From an uncultured Oscillospiraceae bacterium (lineage in GTDB: Bacteria > Bacillota > Clostridia > Oscillospirales > Oscillospiraceae), in contig CAZWKZ010000001.1 in NCBI GenBank assembly GCA_964633935.1, positions 1-33,708 on the forward strand: a DNA stretch of 33,708 nucleotides, in the 5' to 3' direction. The stretch's first letter is position 1; each line of letters opens with the position of its first letter. The notes below the pieces were generated by a model, which was not told where the DNA came from, searched no databases, and saw only the letters and a list, made by a program, of their open reading frames with translations. Below are positions 24,669 through 33,473 of the stretch, in pieces. A program made the position numbers and the translations under genes.

Positions 24669-26429
24669 ATGAAAAAGCGTATTATCTGCCTGGCGCTGTG
24701 CCTGCTTCTGATCCTGCCGGTGTTCGCCGGCTGCGCCAGCAACTCCAGCACTCCTAGCAACCCCGACAGCTCCACCACTACCGACCCCGCCAATGATCCG
24801 CTTATAAACAACGAAGAAACCATCAACCTGACCGTGTTCAGTCAGCTGGCCAACTGGTCCGGCGCGCAGAGCGGCTGGGGCGGCATTCTGCTGAAGGATA
24901 AGTTCAACATTGAGCTGACCATTATCCCCGATACCAACGGCGCTTACCAGACCCGTATGGAAAGCGGCAACCTGGGCGACATCGTAGCCTGGGGCGGCAA
25001 CGGCGATGAATATGCCGCAGCTGTCAACAAGGGCCTGCTGTTTGACTGGGAAGAAGAAGACCTCCTCGCCACCTATGGCTCGTACATCCAAGAGAACTTC
25101 CCCGACGCCCTGGACGCCAACCGCTCGCTCAACAGCGACGGCAAACTCTATGGCATCGGTCATTCCGTCACCAACGACGACAGCCAGCACGATACCTTCT
25201 TCTATGACTGGGGCATCCGCTGGGATCTGTACGCGCAGCTGGGCCACCCCGAGGTAAAGGATCTGGACGACCTGGCTGACGTGCTGGGCCAGATGAAGCA
25301 GATCTGCCCCACCGGCGACGACGGCAAGCCCACCTACGCAGTCAGCTCCTGGCCCGATTGGGACGGCGACATGGTCATGTACGTCAAGGCGCTGGCCTCC
25401 GCTTACTATGGCTATGACGAGCTGGGCATGGGTCTGTACGATGCCTCTACCGGCGCCTTCCATGGTGCGCTGGAGGAAAACGGCCCCTATCTGACGTCTC
25501 TGAAGTTCATGAACAAGCTGTATCAGAACGACCTTCTAGATCCAGACTCCATGACGCAGACCTATGACCAGATGCAGCCCAAAGTCACCAACGGCAACAT
25601 TCTTTTCTCCATTTTCGACTATTCCGGTTCCCTCCTGTTCAACACGGATACCCACGTAGCCAACAATGAATACATGGCTCCGCTGGTTCCCGAGGACGCC
25701 CATGTTATTGTCTACGGTCTGAGCACCGGCGGCGCCGACCGTATCTGGTCCATCGGCAACAATACCCTGTATCCTGAAAAGTGCATGCAGCTCATCAACT
25801 GGCTCTACACGCCGGAAGGCGGCATGACCATCCTATACGGCATCCGCGGCCTGATGTGGGATATCGACGAAAATGGCAACACCTACTTCACCGAGCTTGG
25901 CCGCACCTGCTATCTGGATCCCTCGACGGATCTGAGCGGCGTGGAATGGACCTCTCCCGACACCGGCGAGACCTATACGCTGAGCGGCACCTTCAACGAC
26001 GGCAAGATCCAGATCAACAATACCACCTGGGCCTACGGCGCTTTGAACCCCGAGGCCAACGGCGAAGAAACCTTCCAGTACACCAGCTGGGCCAGCGAGC
26101 AGGGCGAGCCTCACAATGACACCGAGGCCGACTGGCGCGAGTTCACCGGCGCAACCGGTACTCAGGACTATCTGGGCAATACCGACTACGCGATGGTACC
26201 CGTCGTCTCCGACTTCTCGCTGTCCGAGCGCTCGGCTGAGCTGGACCTCAAGTGGCAGCAGGTCATCAAGGCCATCAAGGAAGGCTCCTGGAACGCTATG
26301 TATGCAAAGGACGACGCCGCCTTTGAGGCCGCGGTCGCCAGCATGATTTCCGCCTGCGAAGGCTATGGCTATGACGAGTGCGTCGAGTGGTGCAACCAAG
26401 AGGCCGCGCGCAAGTTCTCTATGCAGTAA
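24669..26429 (+). CDS. Carbohydrate ABC transporter solute-binding lipoprotein
   Basis: MKKR, hydrophobic core, lipobox VFAGC, Ser/Thr/Pro linker, then an acidic Trp/Tyr-rich body (IRWDLY..LG.P, LYQNDLLDPD). GAAAGGA RBS. Confidence 0.88.
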   Translation: MKKRIICLALCLLLILPVFAGCASNSSTPSNPDSSTTTDPANDPLINNEETINLTVFSQLANWSGAQSGWGGILLKDKFNIELTIIPDTNGAYQTRMESGNLGDIVAWGGNGDEYAAAVNKGLLFDWEEEDLLATYGSYIQENFPDALDANRSLNSDGKLYGIGHSVTNDDSQHDTFFYDWGIRWDLYAQLGHPEVKDLDDLADVLGQMKQICPTGDDGKPTYAVSSWPDWDGDMVMYVKALASAYYGYDELGMGLYDASTGAFHGALEENGPYLTSLKFMNKLYQNDLLDPDSMTQTYDQMQPKVTNGNILFSIFDYSGSLLFNTDTHVANNEYMAPLVPEDAHVIVYGLSTGGADRIWSIGNNTLYPEKCMQLINWLYTPEGGMTILYGIRGLMWDIDENGNTYFTELGRTCYLDPSTDLSGVEWTSPDTGETYTLSGTFNDGKIQINNTTWAYGALNPEANGEETFQYTSWASEQGEPHNDTEADWREFTGATGTQDYLGNTDYAMVPVVSDFSLSERSAELDLKWQQVIKAIKEGSWNAMYAKDDAAFEAAVASMISACEGYGYDECVEWCNQEAARKFSMQ

Positions 26430-26472
26430 GCCCGATCCATTTCCAAATGATACCGAAGTCTAATTGAACTGT

Positions 26473-26514
26473 GACCCCGGTTTCCGGGGAGCTTGCTCCC
26501 TGAAAACCGGGGTC
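26473..26514 (+). other. Long intra-operon stem-loop downstream of the SBP gene
   Basis: GACCCCGGTTTCCGGGGAGC-TT-GCTCCCTGAAAACCGGGGTC. No U-tract follows, and the next RBS is 8 nt later. Confidence 0.65.
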
Positions 26515-26535
26515 GCCTGCTAGGAGGTAAGCGCT

Positions 26536-27180
26536 GTGAAGCTGCAAATCGATTCGCCCATCATCACAACCGGCATCAAGATTACCAACCTGCTGATTTT
26601 GAATCTGTATTGGTTCATCGGCTGTCTGCCCATCATCACCATTGGAACCTCTACCATCGCAGCCTTCACCGTAACCTTAAAAATGACAGAAGACCGTGAA
26701 AGCCCTGGTATGACGTCCCAATTTTGGTCCGCCTACATCCACAACCTAAAGCACGGCATTCCGCTGACGCTGATTCTCGCCGCCGCAGCCTACAGCGTCT
26801 GGCTGGATTTTCAAATGTTCAACCAATTGGAAGATAACCCCATCGGATTTCTGATCGTGGCCATTTTGATCATTGTGATGCTGCTTGTGCACTATCTGTA
26901 TGTGTTCGCGCTGGAGGCTCGATACGAAAACAAGCTCCTTGCCAGCCTGGCCAATTCCCGTAAGATCTGCGTCCGCTTTTTCCTCAGGACCCTGGGCCTG
27001 GTTGGTATTTTGTTCTTGCAGGTCTTACTCTTTACCCAAGTCGCGCCCGTCATAACCTACATCGGCCTGTTCTGCGCGCCGATTTTGATGATCTATACGA
27101 CCAGCCAGATCGCCATGCCGATTTTCCGCAAACTCGAAGGCGACGCGACCGCCCACGACGGCTTTTCCATCGGCGGCTGA
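26536..27180 (+). CDS. YesL / DUF624 family membrane protein
   Basis: ILNLYWFIGCLPIITIG.ST.A motif, FW..Y..N.K, 4-5 TM segments. AGGAGGT RBS with GTG start. Typical neighbour of Firmicute sugar ABC genes. Confidence 0.85.
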   Translation: MKLQIDSPIITTGIKITNLLILNLYWFIGCLPIITIGTSTIAAFTVTLKMTEDRESPGMTSQFWSAYIHNLKHGIPLTLILAAAAYSVWLDFQMFNQLEDNPIGFLIVAILIIVMLLVHYLYVFALEARYENKLLASLANSRKICVRFFLRTLGLVGILFLQVLLFTQVAPVITYIGLFCAPILMIYTTSQIAMPIFRKLEGDATAHDGFSIGG

Positions 27181-27189
27181 GCGCCGAAA

Positions 27190-27247
27190 GAAAACGATAT
27201 TCCACCTGAAAACTCTTCTTGATTTTTATGCCCACCGGGCATATAAT
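27190..27247 (+). promoter_or_regulatory. Internal sigma-A promoter for GH31-GH42-esterase, with a degenerate operator upstream
   Basis: TTGATT (27219-27224), 17 bp spacer, TATAAT (27242-27247). GAAAACGATATTC at 27190-27202. Confidence 0.6.
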
Positions 27248-27285
27248 CCTGGTTTAAATAAAGCGAATAAAGCGAGGAAGAAACT

Positions 27286-29532
27286 ATGAAATTCAATCTC
27301 GGAGAATGGCGCATGAAGCCAGGCGTCACCACCTACAACTGCGAGCAGATTCGCGACGTCCGGCTTTCTCCGGACGGCACAGTCCTTTCGCTCTTCGTGG
27401 TGCCCTACCGGAAGGACGAGCGCAGCATGGACGGCCCCGCGCAAGAGCTGACCATCACCGCGCCCCAGCCGGATATGATCCGCCTGCAGGCCGTTCATTT
27501 CAAGGGCGACCGGCGGAAATACCCCAAGTTCGACCTGGACGGTCAGAAATGCCCGCTCGGTTTTCAGGAGCAGGGCAACGTGCTCACTGTGACCTCCGGC
27601 GACACGCGCCTTGTCATCCAGAAAAAGGCGCCGTGTGCCTTTACCTACTACTATCAGGACCGGAAGCTGACCAACATCGGCAGCCGCTACGGCTCGGCCA
27701 TGCTCAGCTATATCGCTGCGCCGGAAGGCCCCTACATGCGCGCGCAGCTTCAGGTCGACGTGGGCGAAAAGCTCTACGGCCTGGGCGAGCGCTTCACGCC
27801 CTTCGTAAAAAACGGCCAGACGGTAGAGATGTGGAATGAGGACGGCGGCACCTCCAGCGAGATCTCCTATAAAAACATCCCATTCTATCTCAGCAACCGC
27901 AGCTACGGCGTGCTGGTCAACGAGGCCGGCCCCGTGTCCTTTGAGGTCTGCTCTGAGGCCGTGACCAAGGTACAATTCAGCGTACCGGGCCAGCGGCTGG
28001 ACTTCATCGTCATCGGCGCGCCCGACCGCAAGGGCGTTTTACGCCGCTATACGGCCCTGACCGGACGGCCCGCCCTGCCGCCGGCATGGACCTTCGGCCT
28101 GTGGCTGACTTCCTCCTTTACCACCTCCTACGACGAGGCCACCGTCAACAGCTTCGTCGACGGCATGGCCCAGCGCGACATTCCGCTCAGCGTCTTTCAT
28201 TTTGACTGCTTCTGGATGCGCGAAAATGAATGGTGCGGCTTCGAGTGGGACAAGGACATGTTCCCCGACGTCGAGGGCATGCTCCAAAGGATGCACGACA
28301 AGGGACTGAAGATCTGCGTCTGGATCAACCCCTATCTGGGCCAGAAGAGCGCCGCATTTGATGAAGCGGCGGAGAAAGGCTACCTGTTGAAAACCGCCAA
28401 TGGCGACATCTGGCAGTGGGATCTCTGGCAGGCCGGTCTGGCCGTGGTGGACTTCACCAATCCCGACGCTGTCGCGTGGTACAAAGGCAAGCTGCGCGGC
28501 CTGATGGCGCAGGGCGTGGACTGCTTCAAAACCGATTTCGGCGAGCGGATCCCCACCGATGTGGTCTATCACGACGGAAGCGACCCCGTCTGGATGCACA
28601 ATTATTATCCGTATCTCTACAACAAGGCGGTTTTCGAGGTCATTCAAGAGGTCAAGGGCGAGGACGAAGCGGTTCTGTTCGCGCGCAGCGCCACGGTGGG
28701 CGGGCAGAAGTTCCCGGTCCACTGGGGCGGCGACTGCAACTCCACGTATGTCTCCATGTCCGAATCGCTAAGAGGCGGTCTGAGCCTGTGCCTGTCCGGC
28801 TTCGGCTATTGGAGCCATGACATCGGCGGCTTTGAAGGCACGGCCACGCCGGACCTTTATAAGCGCTGGCTGGCCTTTGGCCTGCTCAGCTCCCATTCCA
28901 GACTGCACGGCTCCACCTCCTACCGGGTGCCCTGGCTCTTTGGCGACGAGGCGGTGCAGGTCTGCCGCGCCTTCTCGAAATTAAAAAATACACTGATGCC
29001 CTATCTCTATGCGCAGGCCGTGCAGACCCACGAGACCGGCGTCCCCATGATGCGGGCCATGCTGCTGGAGTTTGACGATCTGGGCTGCGAGGACTGCGAC
29101 CGGCAGTATATGCTGGGCGACGCGCTGCTTGTCGCGCCCGTGATGCGCGAAGACGGTGTCGTAGATTACTACCTGCCCGCAGGCAAGTGGACGCACCTGC
29201 TGCGCGGTGAGACCGTCCAGGGCGGCGGCTGGCGGCGGGAGCAATACGACTTTTTCTCCCTGCCGCTGTTCGTGCGCGAGAACACCATCCTGCCCGTCGG
29301 CAGCTGCGACAGCCGGCCCGACTATGACTACGCTGCGGATCTGACGCTGCGGCTGTACTATCTCAGCGACGGCGCGCAGGTAGAGCGCGATATCTGCGAC
29401 GTCCACGGCGCAGTGGTCCTGCGCGTCAAGGCCGTGCGCGCCGGCGGCGCCATCCGTGTAGAATTGCGCGGCGCCAAGCAGTCCGTAACGGTAGAACAGA
29501 TCGGTACCGACTGTGATATCATCCTGAAATAA
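27286..29532 (+). CDS. yicI: GH31 alpha-xylosidase (YicI-like)
   Basis: MKF..G.W, YGLGERFTPFVKNGQ, GLWLTSSFTTSYDE, FHFDCFWM, CFKTDFGERIPTDV (nucleophile), HWGGD (acid/base), WSHDIGGFE, HSRLHGS. Confidence 0.95.
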   Translation: MKFNLGEWRMKPGVTTYNCEQIRDVRLSPDGTVLSLFVVPYRKDERSMDGPAQELTITAPQPDMIRLQAVHFKGDRRKYPKFDLDGQKCPLGFQEQGNVLTVTSGDTRLVIQKKAPCAFTYYYQDRKLTNIGSRYGSAMLSYIAAPEGPYMRAQLQVDVGEKLYGLGERFTPFVKNGQTVEMWNEDGGTSSEISYKNIPFYLSNRSYGVLVNEAGPVSFEVCSEAVTKVQFSVPGQRLDFIVIGAPDRKGVLRRYTALTGRPALPPAWTFGLWLTSSFTTSYDEATVNSFVDGMAQRDIPLSVFHFDCFWMRENEWCGFEWDKDMFPDVEGMLQRMHDKGLKICVWINPYLGQKSAAFDEAAEKGYLLKTANGDIWQWDLWQAGLAVVDFTNPDAVAWYKGKLRGLMAQGVDCFKTDFGERIPTDVVYHDGSDPVWMHNYYPYLYNKAVFEVIQEVKGEDEAVLFARSATVGGQKFPVHWGGDCNSTYVSMSESLRGGLSLCLSGFGYWSHDIGGFEGTATPDLYKRWLAFGLLSSHSRLHGSTSYRVPWLFGDEAVQVCRAFSKLKNTLMPYLYAQAVQTHETGVPMMRAMLLEFDDLGCEDCDRQYMLGDALLVAPVMREDGVVDYYLPAGKWTHLLRGETVQGGGWRREQYDFFSLPLFVRENTILPVGSCDSRPDYDYAADLTLRLYYLSDGAQVERDICDVHGAVVLRVKAVRAGGAIRVELRGAKQSVTVEQIGTDCDIILK

Positions 29533-29559
29533 CGCCGCAGCATCGCAGGGGAAACGCCT

Positions 29560-31524
29560 ATGATCAAAATCGGAATCGATTACTATCCTGAACACTGGGA
29601 CCGCTCCATGTGGGAGCAGGACGCCGCCGATATGGCAAAGCTTGGCGTGCGCACGGTCCGCATGGCCGAGTTCGCATGGAGCCGCTTGGAGCCGGAGGAC
29701 GGCATGTTTGACTTTACGTGGCTGGACGACGCCATCGACGTGATCCGCCGCCATGGGATGCAGGTCATTCTCGGCACCCCCACCAACTGCGCTCCCCTGT
29801 GGCTCTATCACAGCCACCCGGAAACGCGCCAATGGGAACGGAACGGCCGCCCCACGGATCTAGGCATCCGAGGACACCGCTGCATCCAAAGTCCCGTGTT
29901 CCGCCAGTATGCCGGCCGTATCGTTGCGCAGATGGCCCAGCGCTATGCGGGGCGGCCGGAGATCGCGGCCTGGCAGCTGGACAACGAGCTTGAGAGCAAC
30001 CATTGCACCTGCCCGGCCTGCACGCAGGGCTTTCGGGACTTTCTGAAGGCCAAATACGGCACATTGGACGCCCTGAACAGCGCATGGGGAACCGTGGTAT
30101 GGAGCGGCGAGTACAGCAGCTGGGATCAGATCACGCCGCTGTTGGCGCCCAACTGCCTGCCCAACTGGCACAATCCCGCCTGGATGCTGGACTACGAGCG
30201 TTACGGCGCAGCCTGTACGACGGATTACGTCCGCTTCCAGTCCAATATCATCCGCGCCTACGACCCGAAGGCCGTCATCACCACAAACAGCTGCTTCTGT
30301 GCCAATATACCGGACTTTCATCAGCTATTCGCGGCGCTGGATGTGGCCAGCTACGACAACTATCCGCCCATCCGTCTGCCGGAGGACCCGGAGGCCCTGT
30401 ATTCCAATGCCTTCGCGCTGGACTTCATCCGCAGCTTCAAGCAGAAGAACTTCTGGATCATGGAGCAGCTGGGCGGTCCGCTTGGATGCTGGGGGCCGAT
30501 CTCCCCCGCCATGGAGCCGGGAATGCTGGAGGGCTACGCCCTGCAGGCCGTAGCGCATGGGGCGGATCTGCTGAGCTTTTTCCGCTGGCGCACGGCCTGC
30601 ACCGGCGCGGAGATGTTCTGCTACGGGATCCTGGATCACAACAACGCGCCCAACCGCCGCCTCAAAGAGCTGGACAGGCTGTGCCGGCGGCTGGAACGAA
30701 TGCCGGAGCTCGACCGCACTACGATCCACGCGCAAGTGGCCATGCTCTATTCCGCAGAGCAGGAATACGCCCTAAAAAATCAGATCCAGTCCGAGGGCTT
30801 CGCCTACTGGACGCAGCTCAAGCTGTTCCACAACGCCTGCATGAATCTGGGCGTCGATCTGGATATTCTGCCCGAACGCGCTTGTTTCGATGGCTACAAG
30901 GTGGTGCTGGTCCCCACGCACTTCATCACCGATCCGGCGCTGGCCGGCCGGCTGGAACGCTTCGCTGAAAACGGCGGTACGGTGGTGCTGACCAACCGCA
31001 GCGGCGTCAAGGACCAGAACGGCAACTGTATCCTGGGTCAGATGCTGCCCACCGTCTTCCGCAGACTCTGCGGCTGCTATGTGACCGAGTCCGACGCCAT
31101 CGGACCGGCCCGTCAGCGGCTCTGCACGGTCCACGGCGGGAGCTACCAGATCACCAGCTGGTGCGACCTGCTGGCGCTGGACACGGCCGCCGCCTGGGCC
31201 AGATATCAGGACCGCTTCTACGCCGGGACCCCGGCCATCACCCGCAATCCGTTCGGCGCTGGCCTGGCCTATTATGTGGGCACCGTGGGCGAAAAGGCGC
31301 TGTATCGGGCGCTGCTGCTAGAGATCTTCCGGGAACAGGGTATTTCTACGGTGGAAAATCTACCCCAGGGCGTAGAGGTCACCACCCGCACCGGCCCCGG
31401 CGGAACCTACCGGTTCTTCTTTAACAACACCCGGCAGTGTCACCGCTTCTTATTGGCAGACACGGTGGTCGCGCTGGCGCCGCTGCAGGTCAAAATTCAA
31501 ACGGGAGAGGGGCAATGGCTATGA
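29560..31524 (+). CDS. GH42 beta-galactosidase
   Basis: GIDYYPEHW, AEFAWSRLEP, LGTPT, WQLDNE (acid/base), C..C metal site, FWIME (nucleophile), FRWR...GAE. No signal peptide. Confidence 0.93.
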   Translation: MIKIGIDYYPEHWDRSMWEQDAADMAKLGVRTVRMAEFAWSRLEPEDGMFDFTWLDDAIDVIRRHGMQVILGTPTNCAPLWLYHSHPETRQWERNGRPTDLGIRGHRCIQSPVFRQYAGRIVAQMAQRYAGRPEIAAWQLDNELESNHCTCPACTQGFRDFLKAKYGTLDALNSAWGTVVWSGEYSSWDQITPLLAPNCLPNWHNPAWMLDYERYGAACTTDYVRFQSNIIRAYDPKAVITTNSCFCANIPDFHQLFAALDVASYDNYPPIRLPEDPEALYSNAFALDFIRSFKQKNFWIMEQLGGPLGCWGPISPAMEPGMLEGYALQAVAHGADLLSFFRWRTACTGAEMFCYGILDHNNAPNRRLKELDRLCRRLERMPELDRTTIHAQVAMLYSAEQEYALKNQIQSEGFAYWTQLKLFHNACMNLGVDLDILPERACFDGYKVVLVPTHFITDPALAGRLERFAENGGTVVLTNRSGVKDQNGNCILGQMLPTVFRRLCGCYVTESDAIGPARQRLCTVHGGSYQITSWCDLLALDTAAAWARYQDRFYAGTPAITRNPFGAGLAYYVGTVGEKALYRALLLEIFREQGISTVENLPQGVEVTTRTGPGGTYRFFFNNTRQCHRFLLADTVVALAPLQVKIQTGEGQWL

Positions 31525-32654
31525 ATTTCCAGCCTGTCACAGAATTTTTGGATCAGGTAGACGCGCGCTTCGGCGTACCTGCTTGTGAATGTATGGTCTG
31601 GCAGGATCACAAGCTGCTCTATCAGCACAGCGCCGGTTTCCTGGACTATGGCAAAACCGTCCCCCTGACCGGCGGCCAGTGGTATTGGATCTATTCCTGC
31701 ACCAAGCTGATGACCATGACCGCCGTCATGCAGCTGCGCGAGCAGGGCAAGCTGGAGCTGGACGACCCGGTTTACAGGTATCTGCCGGATTGCGCCCGCC
31801 TGACGGTAAAAGACGGCGAGCAGGTGCGCCCGGCAAAAACCGTGCTGACGGTCCGGCACCTGATGACCATGACCGGCGGCTTTACCTACGATCAAACGCT
31901 GCCCAGCCTTCTTGCCATGAAGCAGGACACCGGCAATCAGGCCTGCACCCAGCAGATGATCCACGCCCTGTGCCAAGAGCCGCTGGCCTTTGACCCGGGG
32001 ACCCACTACCGCTACAGCATGTGCCATGATGTGCTCGGCGCGCTTGTCGAGATCGTCTCCGGCCAGCGCTTCTCCGACTATATCCTCGATCATATTGCCA
32101 AGCCGCTTGGCATCACCGGACTGACCTTCCGCCCCGGCGCGAAGGAGCTTTCCAATATGCCGGAGCAGCTGTGCTACCACGATCAAAAGCAGATCATTTT
32201 CCGCTGTGAAAAGGGCAATTCCCACCAGCTGACGCCCAACTATGATTCCGGCGGCGCAGGCGTCTGCTGCAGGGTGCAGGACTACATTCTCTTTGCCGAC
32301 GCACTGGCCTGCAGCGGCGTTGGCAAAAGCGGCGCGCGGATTCTGATGCCGGAGTCCATCGCTCTCATGTCCGCCAACCATCTGCAGGGCGTTCCGTTGG
32401 AGGATTACCACAGCAGCATGAAGCCCGCCACAGAGGGATATGGTCTCGGCGTGCGGGTCCATATGGTGGACGACGGCACCGTTCCCGTGGGCGAATTTGG
32501 CTGGGACGGCGCGGCCGGCGCGGGAGCTATCATCGAGCCGAGCCGCCGCCTTTCCATCTTCTATGCGCAGCACGTGCTGAACTATCTCCGCAGCTATGCC
32601 GAGCTTCATCCCGCGCTGCTCCGGCGCATCTACCAGGCGGTGGACGCGGTATGA
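31521..32654 (+). CDS. Serine hydrolase, beta-lactamase-related (family VIII esterase-like)
   Basis: SxxK motif YSCTK, LDDPV..YLP, TVRHLMTMTGG, PL.FDPG..YRYS, SGGAG, GYGLG, FGWDGAAG. ATGA overlap with the GH42 stop. No signal peptide. Confidence 0.88.
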   Translation: MNFQPVTEFLDQVDARFGVPACECMVWQDHKLLYQHSAGFLDYGKTVPLTGGQWYWIYSCTKLMTMTAVMQLREQGKLELDDPVYRYLPDCARLTVKDGEQVRPAKTVLTVRHLMTMTGGFTYDQTLPSLLAMKQDTGNQACTQQMIHALCQEPLAFDPGTHYRYSMCHDVLGALVEIVSGQRFSDYILDHIAKPLGITGLTFRPGAKELSNMPEQLCYHDQKQIIFRCEKGNSHQLTPNYDSGGAGVCCRVQDYILFADALACSGVGKSGARILMPESIALMSANHLQGVPLEDYHSSMKPATEGYGLGVRVHMVDDGTVPVGEFGWDGAAGAGAIIEPSRRLSIFYAQHVLNYLRSYAELHPALLRRIYQAVDAV

Positions 32655-32800
32655 CAAAGGCCGCCCCTGCGAAAACCGGCGCGTGAGAGAAAACAGAAAA
32701 AGCGCGCCCGAAGGGAGAGGCTATGTAAGGAAGCAGCTTTTCCCTTCGGCTGGTATAACGGATTACCGATACAGACATAATTTACGCATAATCACACTTC

Positions 32801-32838
32801 AGAAGCGGTATGTAGATACTCATGCCGCTTCTTCTTTT
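32801..32838 (+). terminator. Putative intrinsic terminator
   Basis: AGAAGCGGTATG / CATGCCGCTTCT 12-bp stem (one G-U pair) followed by TCTTTT. Confidence 0.55.
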
Positions 32839-32854
32839 ATGCCCAAGTTCGCAG

Positions 32855-32883
32855 TTGACGTTTTCATAAATCCATGATATTAT
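32855..32883 (+). promoter_or_regulatory. Putative promoter of the Nudix gene
   Basis: TTGACG, 17 bp spacer, TG-A-TATTAT (extended -10). Confidence 0.5.
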
Positions 32884-32928
32884 TGTTTCATATTTGAGCG
32901 ACAAATCGGTGTTTGCAGAGGTGGAGAG

Positions 32929-33384
32929 ATGTCACGTGCTGAGAGCGTTATTCTGACAAATATGGTCATGGTATACAATGACCACGGTGAAATACTGGTA
33001 CAGCAGAAAGTAGATGACGATTGGACGGGTCTCTGTTTTCCCGGCGGACATGTGGAAAAAGAAGAGTCGTTTGTGCAATCCGCTATTCGTGAAATAAAAG
33101 AAGAAACTGGTTTGAACATATCGAAGCCCCAACTTTGTGGCATAAAACAGTTTTATACTGATAACGGAGAACGATATATTGTTCTACTCTTTAAGACCAA
33201 TCAATTCAGCGGAGAAATTGTATCCTCCGACGAAGGAGAAGTGTTTTGGATTCGCCCCGAAAAACTTTCAGAATATCGGTTGGCAGTTTCATTTATGGAA
33301 ATGTACAAGGTTTTTACCAGTGACGATATCAGCGAACAATATTCATATCAGGAAGGTGACCGGGTAATTCACGCTCTTTACTGA
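32929..33384 (+). CDS. Nudix hydrolase (MutT/MutX-like)
   Basis: Complete Nudix box GHVEKEESFVQSAIREIKEETGL, plus SSDEGEVFW. GAGGTGGAG RBS. Confidence 0.9.
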   Translation: MSRAESVILTNMVMVYNDHGEILVQQKVDDDWTGLCFPGGHVEKEESFVQSAIREIKEETGLNISKPQLCGIKQFYTDNGERYIVLLFKTNQFSGEIVSSDEGEVFWIRPEKLSEYRLAVSFMEMYKVFTSDDISEQYSYQEGDRVIHALY

Positions 33385-33473
33385 TTATAATTTGCATGGG
33401 GACAGTATGCTTATGCAATTTTTCGAGTTTTAGCGGGGTGATAAACTGGAATTTGAAAAGGAGATATGCTGGA

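Noticed and set aside
27257-27275. Short tandem repeat AATAAAGCG(A) x2 upstream of GH31
   Set aside because: Only two short copies next to the RBS. Not a CRISPR or iteron array, and no related copies were seen elsewhere.
31521-32654. Beta-lactam resistance gene
   Set aside because: No signal peptide, family VIII esterase-like motifs, and coupled to a glycosidase operon.
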